Assembly (NCBI GenBank): GCA_038087875.1 | Contig: CM075998.1 | Span: forward strand, 4,838,001 to 4,902,000 | Direction: 5' to 3' | DNA from: Malacoraja senta | Lineage: Eukaryota | Length of the DNA stretch: 64,000 nucleotides | Shown here: positions 23,474 through 36,250 of the stretch, in pieces | Numbering within the stretch: position 1 is the stretch's first letter | How the letters are laid out: the number at the start of each line of letters is the position of its first letter | Translations under genes and position numbers: made by a program | The notes under the pieces: model-generated | Database searches by the model: none | The model's input: only the letters and a program-made list of their open reading frames with translations | What the model was told of the DNA's origin: nothing

Positions 23474-24019
23474 ATAGATTTCTTGAAACTGGTAAACACA
23501 GGGACATGCACAGACGTACAGCCACTTCCCATTCTCTTCTCGTTGCCTCTTCCTGCGAAACTATAATATTTGAGGAATGGATCAGGGCTTGGAATTCATA
23601 GGCAATTTACTGAACTACAATTGACCTGAGCTCCGCTGATTAGAAACTGCAATTGCTTGAATTCCTACAGGAAACAACTGAACCGTTGCCCTCAAAGGGA
23701 GAGGCCTGACTTGCAGGGAACACAACAACTGTGCTTCTGGCATTCGAAACTTAGAAAAATAGCTGCAGGAGTAGGCCATTCGTCCCTACGAGCCAGCACC
23801 GCCATTCACTATGATCATGGCTGATCATCCAAAATCAATACCCCGTTCCAGCCTTCTCCCCATATCCCTTGATTCCGTTAGCCCTAAGAGCTAAATCTAA
23901 CTCTCTCTCTCACTTTACCACAGAAACAGGCCCTTCGGCCCACCGAGAGGGGTAGGGATAGTCGTATGTAGCTTAGTTACCTAAACCTGTGGAATGCAAT
24001 GTTCATGCTGTTAGGCTGT

Positions 24020-24395
24020 AAGCAGCATCTGTGGAGAACATGGATAGGTGACGTTTCACAGAGTGCTGGAGTAACTCAGCGGGTCAGGCAGCATCTGTGG
24101 AGAACATGGATAGGTGGACGTTTCACAGAGTGCTGGAGTAACTCAGCAGGTCAGGTCAGGCAGCATCTGTGGAGAACGTGGATAGGTGACGTTTCACAGA
24201 GTGCTGGAGTAACTCAGCGGGTCAGGCAGCATCTGTGGAGAACATGGATAGGTGACGTTTCACAGAGTGCTGGAGTAACTCAGCGGGTCAGGCAGCATCT
24301 GTGGAGAACATGGATAGGTGACGTTTCACAGAGTGCTGGAGTAACTCAGCGGGTCAGGCAGCATTTCTGAAGAACATGGATAGGTGACGTTTCAC
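24020..24395 (+). repeat. 66-bp tandem array
   Basis: About 5.5 units; translates as repeated SAGVTQRVRQHLWRTWIGDVSQ. Confidence 0.9.
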
Positions 24396-24987
24396 AAGGA
24401 GGTCCTACTGCCGTTGTACAGAGCCCTGGTGAGAACGCACCTGGTGTATTGTGTGCAGTTTTGGTCTCCTAATTTGAGGAAGGACATTCTTGCTATTGAG
24501 GGAGTGCAGCGTAGGTTCACCTGGTTAATTCCCGGGATGGCGGGACTGACATATGGATGAAATAATGGGTCGACTGGGCTTGTATTCACTGGATTTTAGC
24601 AGGATGAGAGGATATCTTCTAGAAACATATAACATTCTTAAGGGATTGGACAAGGCTAGATGCAGGGAAAGTTTTCCCGATGTTGGGGGAGTCCAGAACC
24701 AGGGGTCACACAGTTTAACAATAAGGGTTAGGCCATTTAGGACATATTTTTCATCCAGAGAGTTGTGAATCTGTGGAATTCTCTGCCACTGAAGGCAGTG
24801 GAGGCTGATTCACTGGATGTTTTCAAGAGAGAGTTAGATTTAGCTCTTGGGGCTAATGGAATCAAAGGATATGGGGAGAAAGCAGGAACGGGGTAGTGAT
24901 TTTGGATGATCAGCCATGATCACATTGAATGGCAGTGCTGGCTGGAATGGCCGAATGGCTACTCATGCACCTACTGTGTTTCTATGC
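24396..24987 (+). mobile_element. CR1 3' fragment
   Basis: LGLYSLDFSRMRG...; CR1 3' UTR. Confidence 0.85.
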
Positions 24988-25179
24988 CACCATCTTGAGG
25001 GTTTAGCGTGGACCTCAACAGGAGAAGATGTCGGCATTGAGGATGAGCACACCAATAAAAATATGATACAACATTAAAGAATTTAACACCAAACATACAA
25101 ACATCCCCCCACAATGGTTCCCACTGTGAGGGAAGGCAGCAAAGTCCAGTCCCGTCCCTTGTTCACCCATGGTTGGGCG

Positions 25180-26596
25180 TGAGAGAAAACGGGGAATTAC
25201 AGACCAGTTAGCTGACTTCGGTGGTGGGAAAGATGCTGGAGTCAATTATTAAAGAGGTAATAATGGGGCATTTGGATAGCGGTAAAAGATTAGTCCAAGT
25301 CAACATGGATTTACGAAGGGGAAACCATGCTTGACTAATCTTCTGGAATTTTTTGAGGATGTGACAAGTAAAATGGATGAAGGGGTGCCAGTGGATGTAG
25401 TGTATCTAGACTTTCAGAAAGCCTTTGATTAGGTCCCGCACGGGAGACTGGTGACTAAAATTAGAGCACATGGTATTGGGGGTAGGGTGTTGACGTGGAT
25501 AGAAAATTGGTTGACAGACAGGAAGCAAAGAGTAGGAGTGAACGGGTCCTTTTCAGAATGGCAGGCAGTGGCGAGTGGAGTGCCGCAAGGCTCGGTGTTG
25601 GGGCCGCAACTGTTTACCATATATATTAATGATTTGGAAGAGGGAATTAGGAGCAACACTAGCAAGTTTGCGATGACACAAAGCTGGGTGGCAGTGTGAA
25701 CTGTGAAGGGGATGTTAGGAGGTTGCAGGGTGACCAGGACAGGTTGGGTGAGTGGGCAGATGCGTGGCAGATGCAGTATAATATAGATAAATGTGAGGTT
25801 ATCCACTTTGGTGGCAAAAACAAGGGGGCAGATTATTCTCTCAATGGGGTTAGGTTAGGTAAGGGGGAGGTACAGTGAGACCAGGGTGTCCTTGTACACC
25901 AGTCACTGAAAGTTGGCGTGCAGGCACAGCAGGCAGTGAAGAAAGCTAATGGAATGTTGGCCTTCATAACAAGAGGATTTCATTATAGGTTCTTCTGCAG
26001 TTGTATAGGGCTCTGGTGAGACCACATCTGGAGTATTGTGTACAGTTTTGGTCTCCTAATTTGAGGAAGGACATCCTTGTGATTGAGGCAGTGCAGCGTA
26101 GGTTCACGAGATTGATCCCTGGGATGGCGGGACTGACATATGAGGAAAGATTGAAAAGACTAGGCTTGTATTCACTGGAGTTTAGAAGGATGAGGGGGAA
26201 TTTTATAGAAACATATAAAATTATAAAAGGACTGGACAAGCTAGATGCAGGAAACATTTTCCCAATGTTGGGCGAGTCCAGAACCAGGGGCCACAGTCTT
26301 AGAATAAAGGGGAGGTCATTTAAGACTGAGGTGAGAAAAAACTTTTTCACCCAGAGAGTTGTGAATTTGTGGAATTCCCTGCCACAGAGGGCAGTGGAGG
26401 CCAAGTCACTGGATGGATTTAAGAGAGAGTTAGATAGAGCTCTAGGGGCTGGTGGAATCAAGGGATATGGGGAGAAGGCAGGCACGGGTTATTGATAGGG
26501 GACGATCAGCCATAATCACAATGAATGGCGGTGCTGGCTCGAAGGGCCGAATGGCCTCCTCCTGCACCTATTTTCTATGTCTATGTTTCTATGTTT
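25180..26596 (+). mobile_element. CR1 LINE, 5'-truncated RT region with stops and frameshifts
   Basis: [54 protein letters not shown]...EKAGTGY*; (TTCTATG)n tail. Confidence 0.92.
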
Positions 26597-26931
26597 CCAC
26601 ACGGCGATCCTCGGTAAGGCATCGCCCACTCCGTGATGGTGCTTCAGCGCTGCGCCGCCGCCGAAGCTGAAGTTCTGGCCGGTCCCGGCAGGAAACGCCG
26701 CTCCAGTCCCATTAGTAGGTGAAGATGCAGCCCGGAGTTAAGCCGCATCTCCGGCCAGGTAGGGACTGAGAAATACAGTTTCCCCCTTTCCCCCTTCACC
26801 CCCCCCCACCCCCACACATAAAAAAGATTAGATCTCCAAAACAAACATTTTATAACTCACTAAAAAATTTTTTTTTAAGGGTGAAAGGACTAACAGCTGC
26901 TGGCAGGGCAGCCATACTCGACGGCGCCCCC

Positions 26932-27355
26932 TTCCACTTGGATGAAATAGTACAGTCTTAAGGCCTGTCCTACTTAGGCGACCTTTACCGGCACCCGAGA
27001 TAGGTCGCCGAAATTTTCAACGTGTGAGAATTCAGCGGCGACCAGAAAGACTTCTTATAACAAATATGAAGCACTTTGGCCAACGAGAGTTGTTTTTTAA
27101 ATGTGCTGTATAAATAAATGTGACTTGACTCGACTTGACTGCCTTTGGAGACCTCTCACGACCATAGGAGACCTCTCACGGTCATGAGAGGTCTCCTATG
27201 GCCGTGACAGGTCTCCCAAAGAGTTGTAGCGTCTTTCTGGCTGCCGCTGAATTTTCAACATGTTGAAAATTCCGGCGACCTTTGCCGGAGGTCGCCTGTA
27301 AAGGTCGCGTAAGTGGGACAGGCCCTTAAGACTGTACTATGTCATCCAAGTGGAA
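26932..27355. mobile_element. Harbinger-like MITE palindrome whose inverted symmetry extends into the flanks
   Basis: AGGCCTGTCCTACTTAGGCGAC / GTCGCGTAAGTGGGACAGGCCCT; flanks TTCCACTTGGATGA..TAGTACAGTCTTAAG / CTTAAGACTGTACTA..TCATCCAAGTGGAA. Confidence 0.7.
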
Positions 27356-29245
27356 TTAGATGACCATTTCCCAACACAGTGTATGAAATGACAAACGATA
27401 TCAATTTAGTCAACCATTATGAGCTGTGCATTGCCCGGAGATTCATTCTGTTTAAATTAAAATGCATAAATCCTTTGGTTGAAAACAAGAACCGCGGCCT
27501 TCAGCGACCTTTCTGTTCATCTTTATTTGTAACCAACAAAAGGAACACGCAAGCTTTAACGTGAATGTAATCTCTGAGATGATGTGATCTTCCGTGGCGC
27601 AGCGGTAGAGTTGCTGCCTCACCGCGCCAGAGGCCCGGGTTCCATCCTGACTACGGGCGCTGTCTGTACGGAGTTTGCACGTTCTCCCCGTGACCTGCGT
27701 GACTTTTCTCCGGGTGCTCCGGTTTCCTCCCACACTCCAAAGACGTACAGGTTTGTAGGTTAATTGGCTTGGTGTAAATGTAAATTGTCAATAGATAATA
27801 GACAATAGACAATAGGTGCAGGAGTAGGCCATTCTGCCCTTCGAGCCAGCATCGCCATTCAATGTGATCGTGGCTGATCATCCCCAATCAGTACCCCGTT
27901 CCTGCCTTCTCCCCAAATCCCCTGACTCCGCTATCTTTAAGAGCCCTATCTAGCTCTCTCTTGAAAGCATCCAGAGAACCGGCCTCCACCGCCCTCTGAG
28001 GCAGAGAAGCCTGTTTCCTCCCACACTTTATGGTCTATTGACTATTGGTTTGTAGGTTAATTTGGCTTCGGTACAAAAAAAAAAGGGAATTGTCCCTTGT
28101 GAGTGTGTGGTGGATAGTGCTAGTGTACGGGGATCGCTGGTCGGCGCGGACTCGGTGGGCCGAAGGGTCTCGACCAGAAACGTTGTCTGTCCATTCCCTC
28201 CCCCACAGACGCTGCCTGTCCCAGTGTTCCTCCAGCTCTTTGTGTTTTAGACAAGACTCTGTACAAGGCTTTGGGACGTTACATGGAACAATGGCGTGTT
28301 GGTTTTCAATTGTCAGCCTCTGCTCATTTTGCAGGTTACACAACGACAGTATTGGGTGGCAAAAAGTAATTAGAAGGGATCTAATTTAATCTGCAGTTCG
28401 TACGAAAGTGAAAACCGAATTCCAAATGCAGCATCAATTGTATGGAGTGTGTTTTCCCTTCATCAAAAGGTGGAGAATTAGCTGTTGTTACCACGTGGTG
28501 ATGAGATGGCAGCATTGACGGACGTGGTACAGCTTTGCTCAGGGTTAGAACAATGGGGCTGAACAACTCATGTGAATGTGTTCAGGGGGTCATCCTTTAG
28601 AGGTGTCTAAGATCACCAGGGGAATAGATAGGATGAATACACAGTCTTTTACCCAGAGTAGGGGAACGGTGAACCACAGGACATAGGTTGAAGGTGAGTG
28701 GGGAAAGATTTAATAGGAACCACTAATGAGGGGCAACTTTTTTCACAGAGCGGGGGGTGGGTGAATGGAACGAGCTGCCAGAGGAGGTGGTTGATGCAAG
28801 TGCAGTGACAGCTTGTAAAAGACACTTGGGCAGGTACATGGATAGGACAGGTTTGGAGGGATATGCAGGCAGGTGGGACTAGCGTAGATGGAGTATCTTG
28901 GTCGGCATGGACTAGTTGGGCCAAAGGGCATGTTTCCGTGCTGTGTGACTCTAAGGTGACATCAAGCCCTCTGTACGATCACCATCGATACTGGAGGAAG
29001 TTTTCACATCAATGACTCACTGATTCACAATTCTAGACGATTTCTGCTCTCTAGGGTGTCACGGTGACGCAGCGGTAGAGTTGCTGCCTCACAGCGCCAG
29101 AGACCCGGGGTTCCATCCTGACCACGGGTGCTGTCTGTGTGTGTGGAGTTTGCATGTTCTCCCCGTGACTTGCATGGGTTGTCTCCGGGTGCTCCGGTTT
29201 CCTCCCACACTCCAAAGACCTGCGGGTTTGTAGGTTAGAGAACTG

Positions 29246-30343
29246 TGGATAGAGAACTGGCTGGCAAACAGGAAGCAAAGAGTAGGAGTAAACGGGTCCT
29301 TTTCACAATGGCAGGCAGTGACTAGTGGGGTACCGCAAGGCTCAGTGCTGGGACCCCAGCTATTTACAATTTATATTAATGATCTGGACGAAGGGAATTG
29401 AAAGCAACATCTCCAAGTTTGCGGATGACACTAAGCTGGGGTGCAGTGTTAGCTGTGAGGAGGAATGCTAGGAGACTGCAAGGTGACTTGGATAGGCTGG
29501 GTGAGTGGGCAAATGTTTGGCAGATGCAGTATAATGTGGATAAATGTGAGGTTATCCACTTTGGTGGCAAAAACGGGAAGGCAGACTATTATCTAAATGG
29601 TGGCCGATTAGGAAATGGGGAGATGCAGCGAGACCTGGGTGTCATGGTACACCAGTCATTGAAAGTAGGCATGCAGGTGCAGCAGGCAGTGAAGAAAGCG
29701 AATGGTATGTTGGCCTTCATAGCAAGAGGATTTGAGTATAGGAGCAGGGAGGTTCTACTGCAGTTGTACAGGGTCTTGGTGAGACCACACCTGGAGTATT
29801 GCGTACAGTTTTGGTCTCCAAATCTGAGGAAGGACATTATAGCCATAGAGGGAGTGCAGAGAAGGTTCACCAGACTGATTCCTGGGATGTCAGGACTTTC
29901 ATATGAAGAAAGACTGGATAGACTTGGCTTATACTCGCTAGAATTTAGAAGATTGAGAGGGGATCTTATAGAAACGTACAAAATTCTTATGGGGTTGGAC
30001 AGGCTAGATGCAGGAAGATTGTTCCCGATGTTGGGGAAGTCCAGGACAAGGGGTCACAGCTTAAGGATACAGGGGAAATCCTTTAAGACCGAGATGAGCA
30101 AAAACTTTTTCACACAGAGAGTGGTCTGGAACTCTCTGCCACAGAGGGTAGTTGAGGCCAGTTCATTGGCTATATTTAAGAGGGAGTTAGATGTGGCCCT
30201 TGCGGCTAAAGGGATCAGGGGGTATGGAGAGAAGGCAGGTACGGGATACTGAGTTGGATGATCAGCCATGATCATATTGAATGGCGGTGCAGGCTCGAAG
30301 GGCCGAATGGCCTACTCCTGCACCTATTTTCTATGTATCTATG
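29246..30343 (+). mobile_element. Young CR1 3' fragment inserted in a V-SINE (29059-30447)
   Basis: Long open frame ...ARRLQGDLDRLGEWANVWQMQYNVDKC...EKAGTGY*; SINE breaks and resumes at GGTTA/TTAATTGGCTTGG. Confidence 0.92.
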
Positions 30344-30947
30344 TTAATTGGCTTGGTGTAAATGTAAATTCTCCCTGTGTTAGTGTGCGGGGGGGATCGC
30401 TGGTCGGCGCGGACTCGGTGGGCCGAAGGGCCTGTTTCCGCGCTGTGTGAATCTATAATTCTCCACCTCATGTAGATGCTAATGATGCTCGGACAGGTAC
30501 CGAACACAGGCAGGTGGGACTAGTGCAGCTGGGACATTGTTGGCCGGTGTGGGCAAGATGGGCTGAAGGGCCTGTTTCCACACTGTATCTCTAAACTAAA
30601 CAAAAAGATTAGTTTAATTTTACCTCATGTTGGGCACGGATGTGCTGGGCCGAAAGGTCTCTCTGCCTCAGAGGGCGGTGGAGGCCGGTTCTCTGGATGC
30701 TTTCAAGAGAGAGCTAGATAGGGCTCTTAAAAATAGCGGAGTCAGGGGATATGGGGAGAAGGCAGGAACGGGGTACTGATTGGGGATGATCAGCCATGAT
30801 CACATTGAATGGTGGTGCTGGCTCGAAGGGCTGAATGGCCTCCTCCTGCACCGATTGTCTATTGTCTATTGTCTTTTGCTGGGCCGGACAGTTCTATGAT
30901 CGACTCAAGGAACTGCAGATGCTGGTTTACAAAGAAAAACCCCACGA

Positions 30948-31330
30948 AGTGCTGGAGTAACCCAGTGGGTCAGGCAGCATCTGAGGGGAACATGGATAGG
31001 TGACGTTTCACAGAGTGCTGGAGTAACTCAGCGGGTCAGGCAGCATCTGTGGAGAACATGGATAGGTGACGTTTCACAGAATGCTGGAGTAACTCAGCGG
31101 GTCAGGCAGCATCTGTGGAGAACATGGATAGGTGACGTTTCACAGAGTGCTGGAGTAACTCAGCGGGTCAGGCAGCATCTGAGGAGAACATGGATAGGTG
31201 ACGTTTCACAGAGTGCTGGAGTAACCCAGTGGGTCAGGCAGCATCTGTGGAGAACATGGATAGGTGACGTTTCACAGAGTGCTGGAGTAACCCAGTGGGT
31301 CAGGCAGCATCTGAGGAGAACATGGAGAGA
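30948..31330 (+). repeat. 66-bp tandem array
   Basis: About 6 units of the same monomer. Confidence 0.9.
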
Positions 31331-31509
31331 TCTCATGTTGTAAGTTCTATTTGAAAATGATCAGCTCTGTAAACAGACAGGGCCCTGGATCTCGTTGAAC
31401 AACCAACTGTGTTCGATAACAATTAACTAACAATGAAACAATTAACCAGCAATTAATAATTAGCCACTATGTAAGCAGAACATTAAACCGCACTCATCTT
31501 CTTCAAATG

Positions 31510-32005
31510 AAATGGTCAGAGTGATACAGTGTGGAAACAGGCCCTTCGGCCCAACTTGTCCCATCTACACTAGTCCCACCTGCCTGCGTTTGGTCCATAT
31601 CCCTCCAAACTGTCCTATCCATGTACCTGTCTAACTGTTTCTTAAACATTCTGATAGTCCCAGCCTCAACTACCTCCTCTGGCAGCTTGTTCCATACACC
31701 CACCACCCTCTGTGTGAAAAACATACCCCTCAGATTGCTATTACATCTTTTCCCCTTCACCTTAAACCTATGTCCTCTGGTCCTCGATTCCCCTACTCTG
31801 GGCAAGAGACTCTGTGCATCTACCCGATCTATTCCTCTCATGATTTTGTACACCTCTATAAGATCACCCCTCATCCTCCTGCGCTCCATGGAATAGAGAC
31901 CCAGCCTGCTCAACCTCTCCCTGTAGCTCAGGCCCTCTAGTCCTGGCAACATCCTCGTAAATCTTCTCTGTACCCTTTCCAACTTGACGACATCTTTCCT
32001 ATAAC
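31510..32005 (-). mobile_element. CR1/HER1 3' fragment
   Basis: ERVQRRFTRMLPGLEGLSYRERLSRLGLYS...FFTQRVVGVWNKLPEEVV; 3' tail shared with the SINE. Confidence 0.88.
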
Positions 32006-32050
32006 AGGATGAACCAACGACTTCTACAACTGCAACATGATCTGTTGTAA

Positions 32051-33484
32051 CCTGATGGTATACCTGGTCACGTTCTAAAAACCTGTGCGGACCAACTGGC
32101 TGGAGTTTTTACGGACATTTTCAACCTCTCACTTCTGAGGTCTGAGGTCCCCACCTGCTTCAAAAGGGCAGCAATTATACCGGTGCCCAAGAAGAGCAAG
32201 GTGACGTGCCTCAATGACTATCGACCTGTGGCACTAACGCCTGTGGTGATGAAGTGCTTTGAGAGGTTGATCATGACGCAGATCAAATCCTAACTCGACA
32301 AAAACCTGGACCCACTGCAGTTCGCTTACCGCCACAACAGATCAACGGTGGATGCGATCTCGCTGGCCCTCCACTCCGCTCTGGACCACTTGGACAACAA
32401 AAACTCATATGTCAGGCTGTTATTCATCGATTACAGCTCGGCATTTAACACAATCATCCCCTCCAAGCTGGTTACCAAACTCGCTGAACTGGGTCTCTGC
32501 GCATCCCTCTGCAATTGGATCCTCGACTTCCTCACTCTCAGACCACAGTCTGTTCATATTGGTGGAAATGTGTCAGACTCGATAACAATCAACACGGGAG
32601 CACCTCAAGGCTGCGTGCTCAGCCCCCTGCTGTACTCACTCTATACTCATGACTGCGTAGCCGGACATAGTGCGAACTCCATCATCAAGTTCGCTGACGA
32701 CACCACTGTTGTGGGACGTATCACTGATGGGGATGAGTCAGAGTATAGAAGAGAGATCGAGCAACTGTCCATATGGTGCCAGCACAATAACCTGGCCCTC
32801 AACACCAGCAAAACCAAGGAACTGATTGTGGACTTTGGAAGGAGTAGGATGGGGGCCCACAGTCCCGTTTATATCAACGGGTCGATGGTTGAAAGGGTCA
32901 AGAGCTTCAAATTCCTGGGCGTGCACATCTCTGAAGATCTTTCCTGGTCCGAGAACAATTATGCCATTATTAAGAAAGCACATCAGCGCCTCTACTTCCT
33001 GAGAAGATTACGGAGAGTCGGTTTGTCAAGGAGGGCTCTCTCTAACTTCTACAGGTGCACAGTAGAGAGCATGCTGACCGGTTGCATCGTGGCTTGGTTC
33101 GGCAACTTGAGCGCCCAGGAGCGGAAAAGACTACAAAAAGTAGTAAACACTGCCCAGTCCATCATCGGCACTGACCTCCCTTCCATCGAGGGGATCTATC
33201 GCAGTCGCTGCCTCAAAAAGGCTGGCAGCATCATCAAGGACCCACACCATCCTGGCCACACACTCATCTCCCTACTATCTTCAGGTAGAAGGTACAGGAG
33301 CCTGAAGACTGCAACGACCAGGTTCAGGAATAGCTGCTTCCCCACAGCCATCAGGCTATTAAACCTGGCTCGGACATAACACTGAACTTTACTAGCCAAT
33401 ACTGTTATTTGCACTTTATCAGTATATTGACCATTGTGTATATATTTATAGAATGCCTTGTAGTCAATGCCTACTATGTTCTGT
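32051..33484 (+). mobile_element. Rex1/Babar LINE, 5'-truncated, RT frame nearly intact
   Basis: One frame from 32051 to 33379 with a single internal TAA at 32291; motifs [50 protein letters not shown]. Confidence 0.92.
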
Positions 33485-33614
33485 AGGGTACTGATTGGGG
33501 ATGATCAGCCATAATCACATTGAATGGCGGTGCTGGCTCGAAGGGCCGAATGGCCTACTCCTGCACCTATTGTCTATTGTCTATTGTATCAACATATGAC
33601 AGTCCTGTCATCCA

Positions 33615-33905
33615 AGGCCCGACCATTCACTGTGTAGGTCCTGCCCTTGTTCGACGTCCCAAAATGCAACACCTCACACTTGTCTGTATTAAACTCCATC
33701 AACCATTCCTCCGCCCACCTGGCCAATCGATCCAGATCCTGCTGCAATCGTTCACAACCATCTTCACTATCTGCAAAACCACCCACTTTTGTATCATCAG
33801 CAAACTTGCTAATCTTGCCCTGTATGTTCTCATCCAAATCATTGATGTAGATGACAAACAGTAACGGGCCTGGCCAGCACCGAACCCTGAGACACACCGC
33901 TAGTC
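33615..33905 (-). mobile_element. CR1 RT internal fragment
   Basis: [31 protein letters not shown]...FNTDKCEVLHFG; near-identical to part of 38750-39195 (-). Confidence 0.85.
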
Positions 33906-34342
33906 ATGAGGCCAATTGTCGATCCAGTGAGCAGTGTTTCCTTGGATCACTTGCGATGCAGCCTTGCAATTAACAACGGGTTATTAATGCAAGGTTATTA
34001 ATACAAGTATTCACAAGGCTCTCGGCTGTCACTACAAGGCTTATATGAAGGACGTCGTATTGGATAATGGGAGCATCGTGATGTACAGACATTTTGTTCA
34101 ACCTTGGCCCGCAGCGGAAAGTAGTCATCCTGCCCAGGCATGTACGTGGAAACGGAATGTGTTCCCGGGCCCATGTTATTTGTGGGTCTTTGTGCAACGG
34201 CGGGGCTCTATTTATGTTCAGCAAACTGGTCCCGACACGCTCGCATATGGTGTTGTATACATAGAAAAATGTCCCAGTGGAAGTCAGCCAAGTGGGGGAC
34301 GGACGGCCCGATCTGGCAGAGGCTTATTCATTTCAGTGAGGC

Positions 34343-35360
34343 TGGCGAGGGAGGGGATGAGAGGGAGGGAGGGGAGAGGGAGGGGAGAGAGAAGGGGAGA
34401 CAGAGAGGGGAGAGAGAGAGGGGAGAGAGAAGGGGACGAGAGAAGGGAGGGGAGAGAGGGGAGGGGAGAGAGAGAGGGGGAGAGAGAGAGAAGGGGATGA
34501 GAGAGGGGAGGGGAGAGAGAGAGGGGGGAGACAAAGAGAAGGGAGAGAGAAGGGGATGAGAGAGGGGAGAGAGAGGGGAGGGGACGAGAGAGGGGAGAGA
34601 GGGAGGGGAGAGAGAGGAGAGAGAGAGATAGGGGAGAGAGAGAGAGGGGGAAGAGATAGAAGGGGATGAGAGAGGGGAGAGAGAGGGGAGGGGAGAGAGA
34701 GAGGGGAGGAGGTGAGGGGAGAGAGGGAGGGGAGAGAGAGGAGAGAGAGAGAGGGGAGAGAGGGAGGGGAGGAGAGGGGAGAGAGAAGGGGACGAGAGAG
34801 GGGAGGGGAGAGAGAGAGAGGGGGGAGAGAGAGAGAAGGGGATGAGAGAGGGGAGGGGAGAGAGAGAGGGGGAGACAGAGAGAGGGGAGAGAGAAGGGGG
34901 AGAGAGAGAGGGGAGGGGAGAGAGAGAGGGGAGGATGAGAGGTGAGAGAGGGGAGAGAGAGGGGAGGGGAGAGAGAGAGGGGAGAGAGAAGGGGGAGAGA
35001 GAGAGGGGAGAGAGAGGGGAGGGGAGAGAGAGAGGGGAGGATGAGAGGGGAGAGAGGGAGGGGAGGAGAGGGGAGAGAGGGGAGGGGAGAGAGAGGAGAG
35101 AGAGACATAGGGGAGAGAGAGAGAGGGGGAAGAGGAGGGGAGGGGAGAGAGGGAGGGGAGAGAGAGGAGAGAGAGAGAGAGAGGGGAGAGAGGAGAGGGG
35201 AGGGGAGGAGAGAGGGGAGAAGAGAGGAGAAGAGAGAGGGCAGAGAGAGAGTGGAGAATAGGAAGGCGAGAGAAGGCAAGAGGGAGAAGGGAGAGGAAAG
35301 AGAGGGAGAAGGGAGAGGGGAGAGAAACAAGACAGAGAAAAGAGAGAGAGGGCAGAGAGA
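34343..35360. repeat. GA-rich polypurine tract of about 1 kb
   Basis: Nearly pure G/A with recurring AGAAGGGGATGAGAGAGGGG sub-units. Confidence 0.95.
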
Positions 35361-35651
35361 TGGCCCAGAATAAATCTGTGTGAGCAGAGCTATCAGTACG
35401 TGGTGACATTCAGCGACTAAACACCAAGCATCTCGCCGAGCCGCACGCAATTGAACATGCCCACAGTGGAAGAGCCATCTTAACGTGGGAAAACGCAGCG
35501 ATCACTTTGTGCCACAACAAGCTCTCCAAATCAGACGGAACAGGTATTCTGTCACGGAGAGATAAGGATGGACAACTACAGCCCCTCTGGAAGGAGGGAA
35601 CCTTTCAATTGGGAGGTGGAGGAAGGAACTGCCGATGCTGATCATGCTCGT

Positions 35652-35747
35652 CGATCGTTTCGCTGAACACCTCCTCCGCTCAGTCCGCCTAAACCTACCT
35701 GATCTCCCGGTTGCCAAACACTTTAACTCCCCCTCCCATCCCCACAC
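35652..35747 (+). mobile_element. Penelope GIY-YIG internal fragment
   Basis: DRFAEHL/RSVRLNLPDLPVAKHFNSPSH; homologous to 13360-13455 (-). Confidence 0.75.
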
Positions 35748-36050
35748 TTCATAACTCGATCACGAGAGGAGTTGAGTTTAGGAGCAAGGAGGTCCTACTG
35801 CAGTTGTACAGTATGGTTGGAATGGTTGATGGAATTTAATACAGAGAAGTGCAGTTGAGACCGCACCTGGAGTAGTCTTGGTCCCCTAATTTGAGGAAGG
35901 ACATTCTTGCTATTGAGGGAGTGCAGCGTAGGTTCACCAGGTTAATTCCCGGGATGGCGGGACTGACATGTGATGAAAGAATGGGTCGACTGGGCTTGTA
36001 TTCACTGGAATTTAGAAGGATGAGAGGGAATCTGAAGGATGAGAGGGATT

Positions 36051-36250
36051 NNNNNNNNNNNNNNNNNNNNNNNNNNNNNNNNNNNNNNNNNNNNNNNNNN
36101 NNNNNNNNNNNNNNNNNNNNNNNNNNNNNNNNNNNNNNNNNNNNNNNNNNNNNNNNNNNNNNNNNNNNNNNNNNNNNNNNNNNNNNNNNNNNNNNNNNNN
36201 NNNNNNNNNNNNNNNNNNNNNNNNNNNNNNNNNNNNNNNNNNNNNNNNNN
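36051..36250. other. Assembly gap (200 N)
   Basis: Run of N. Confidence 1.
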
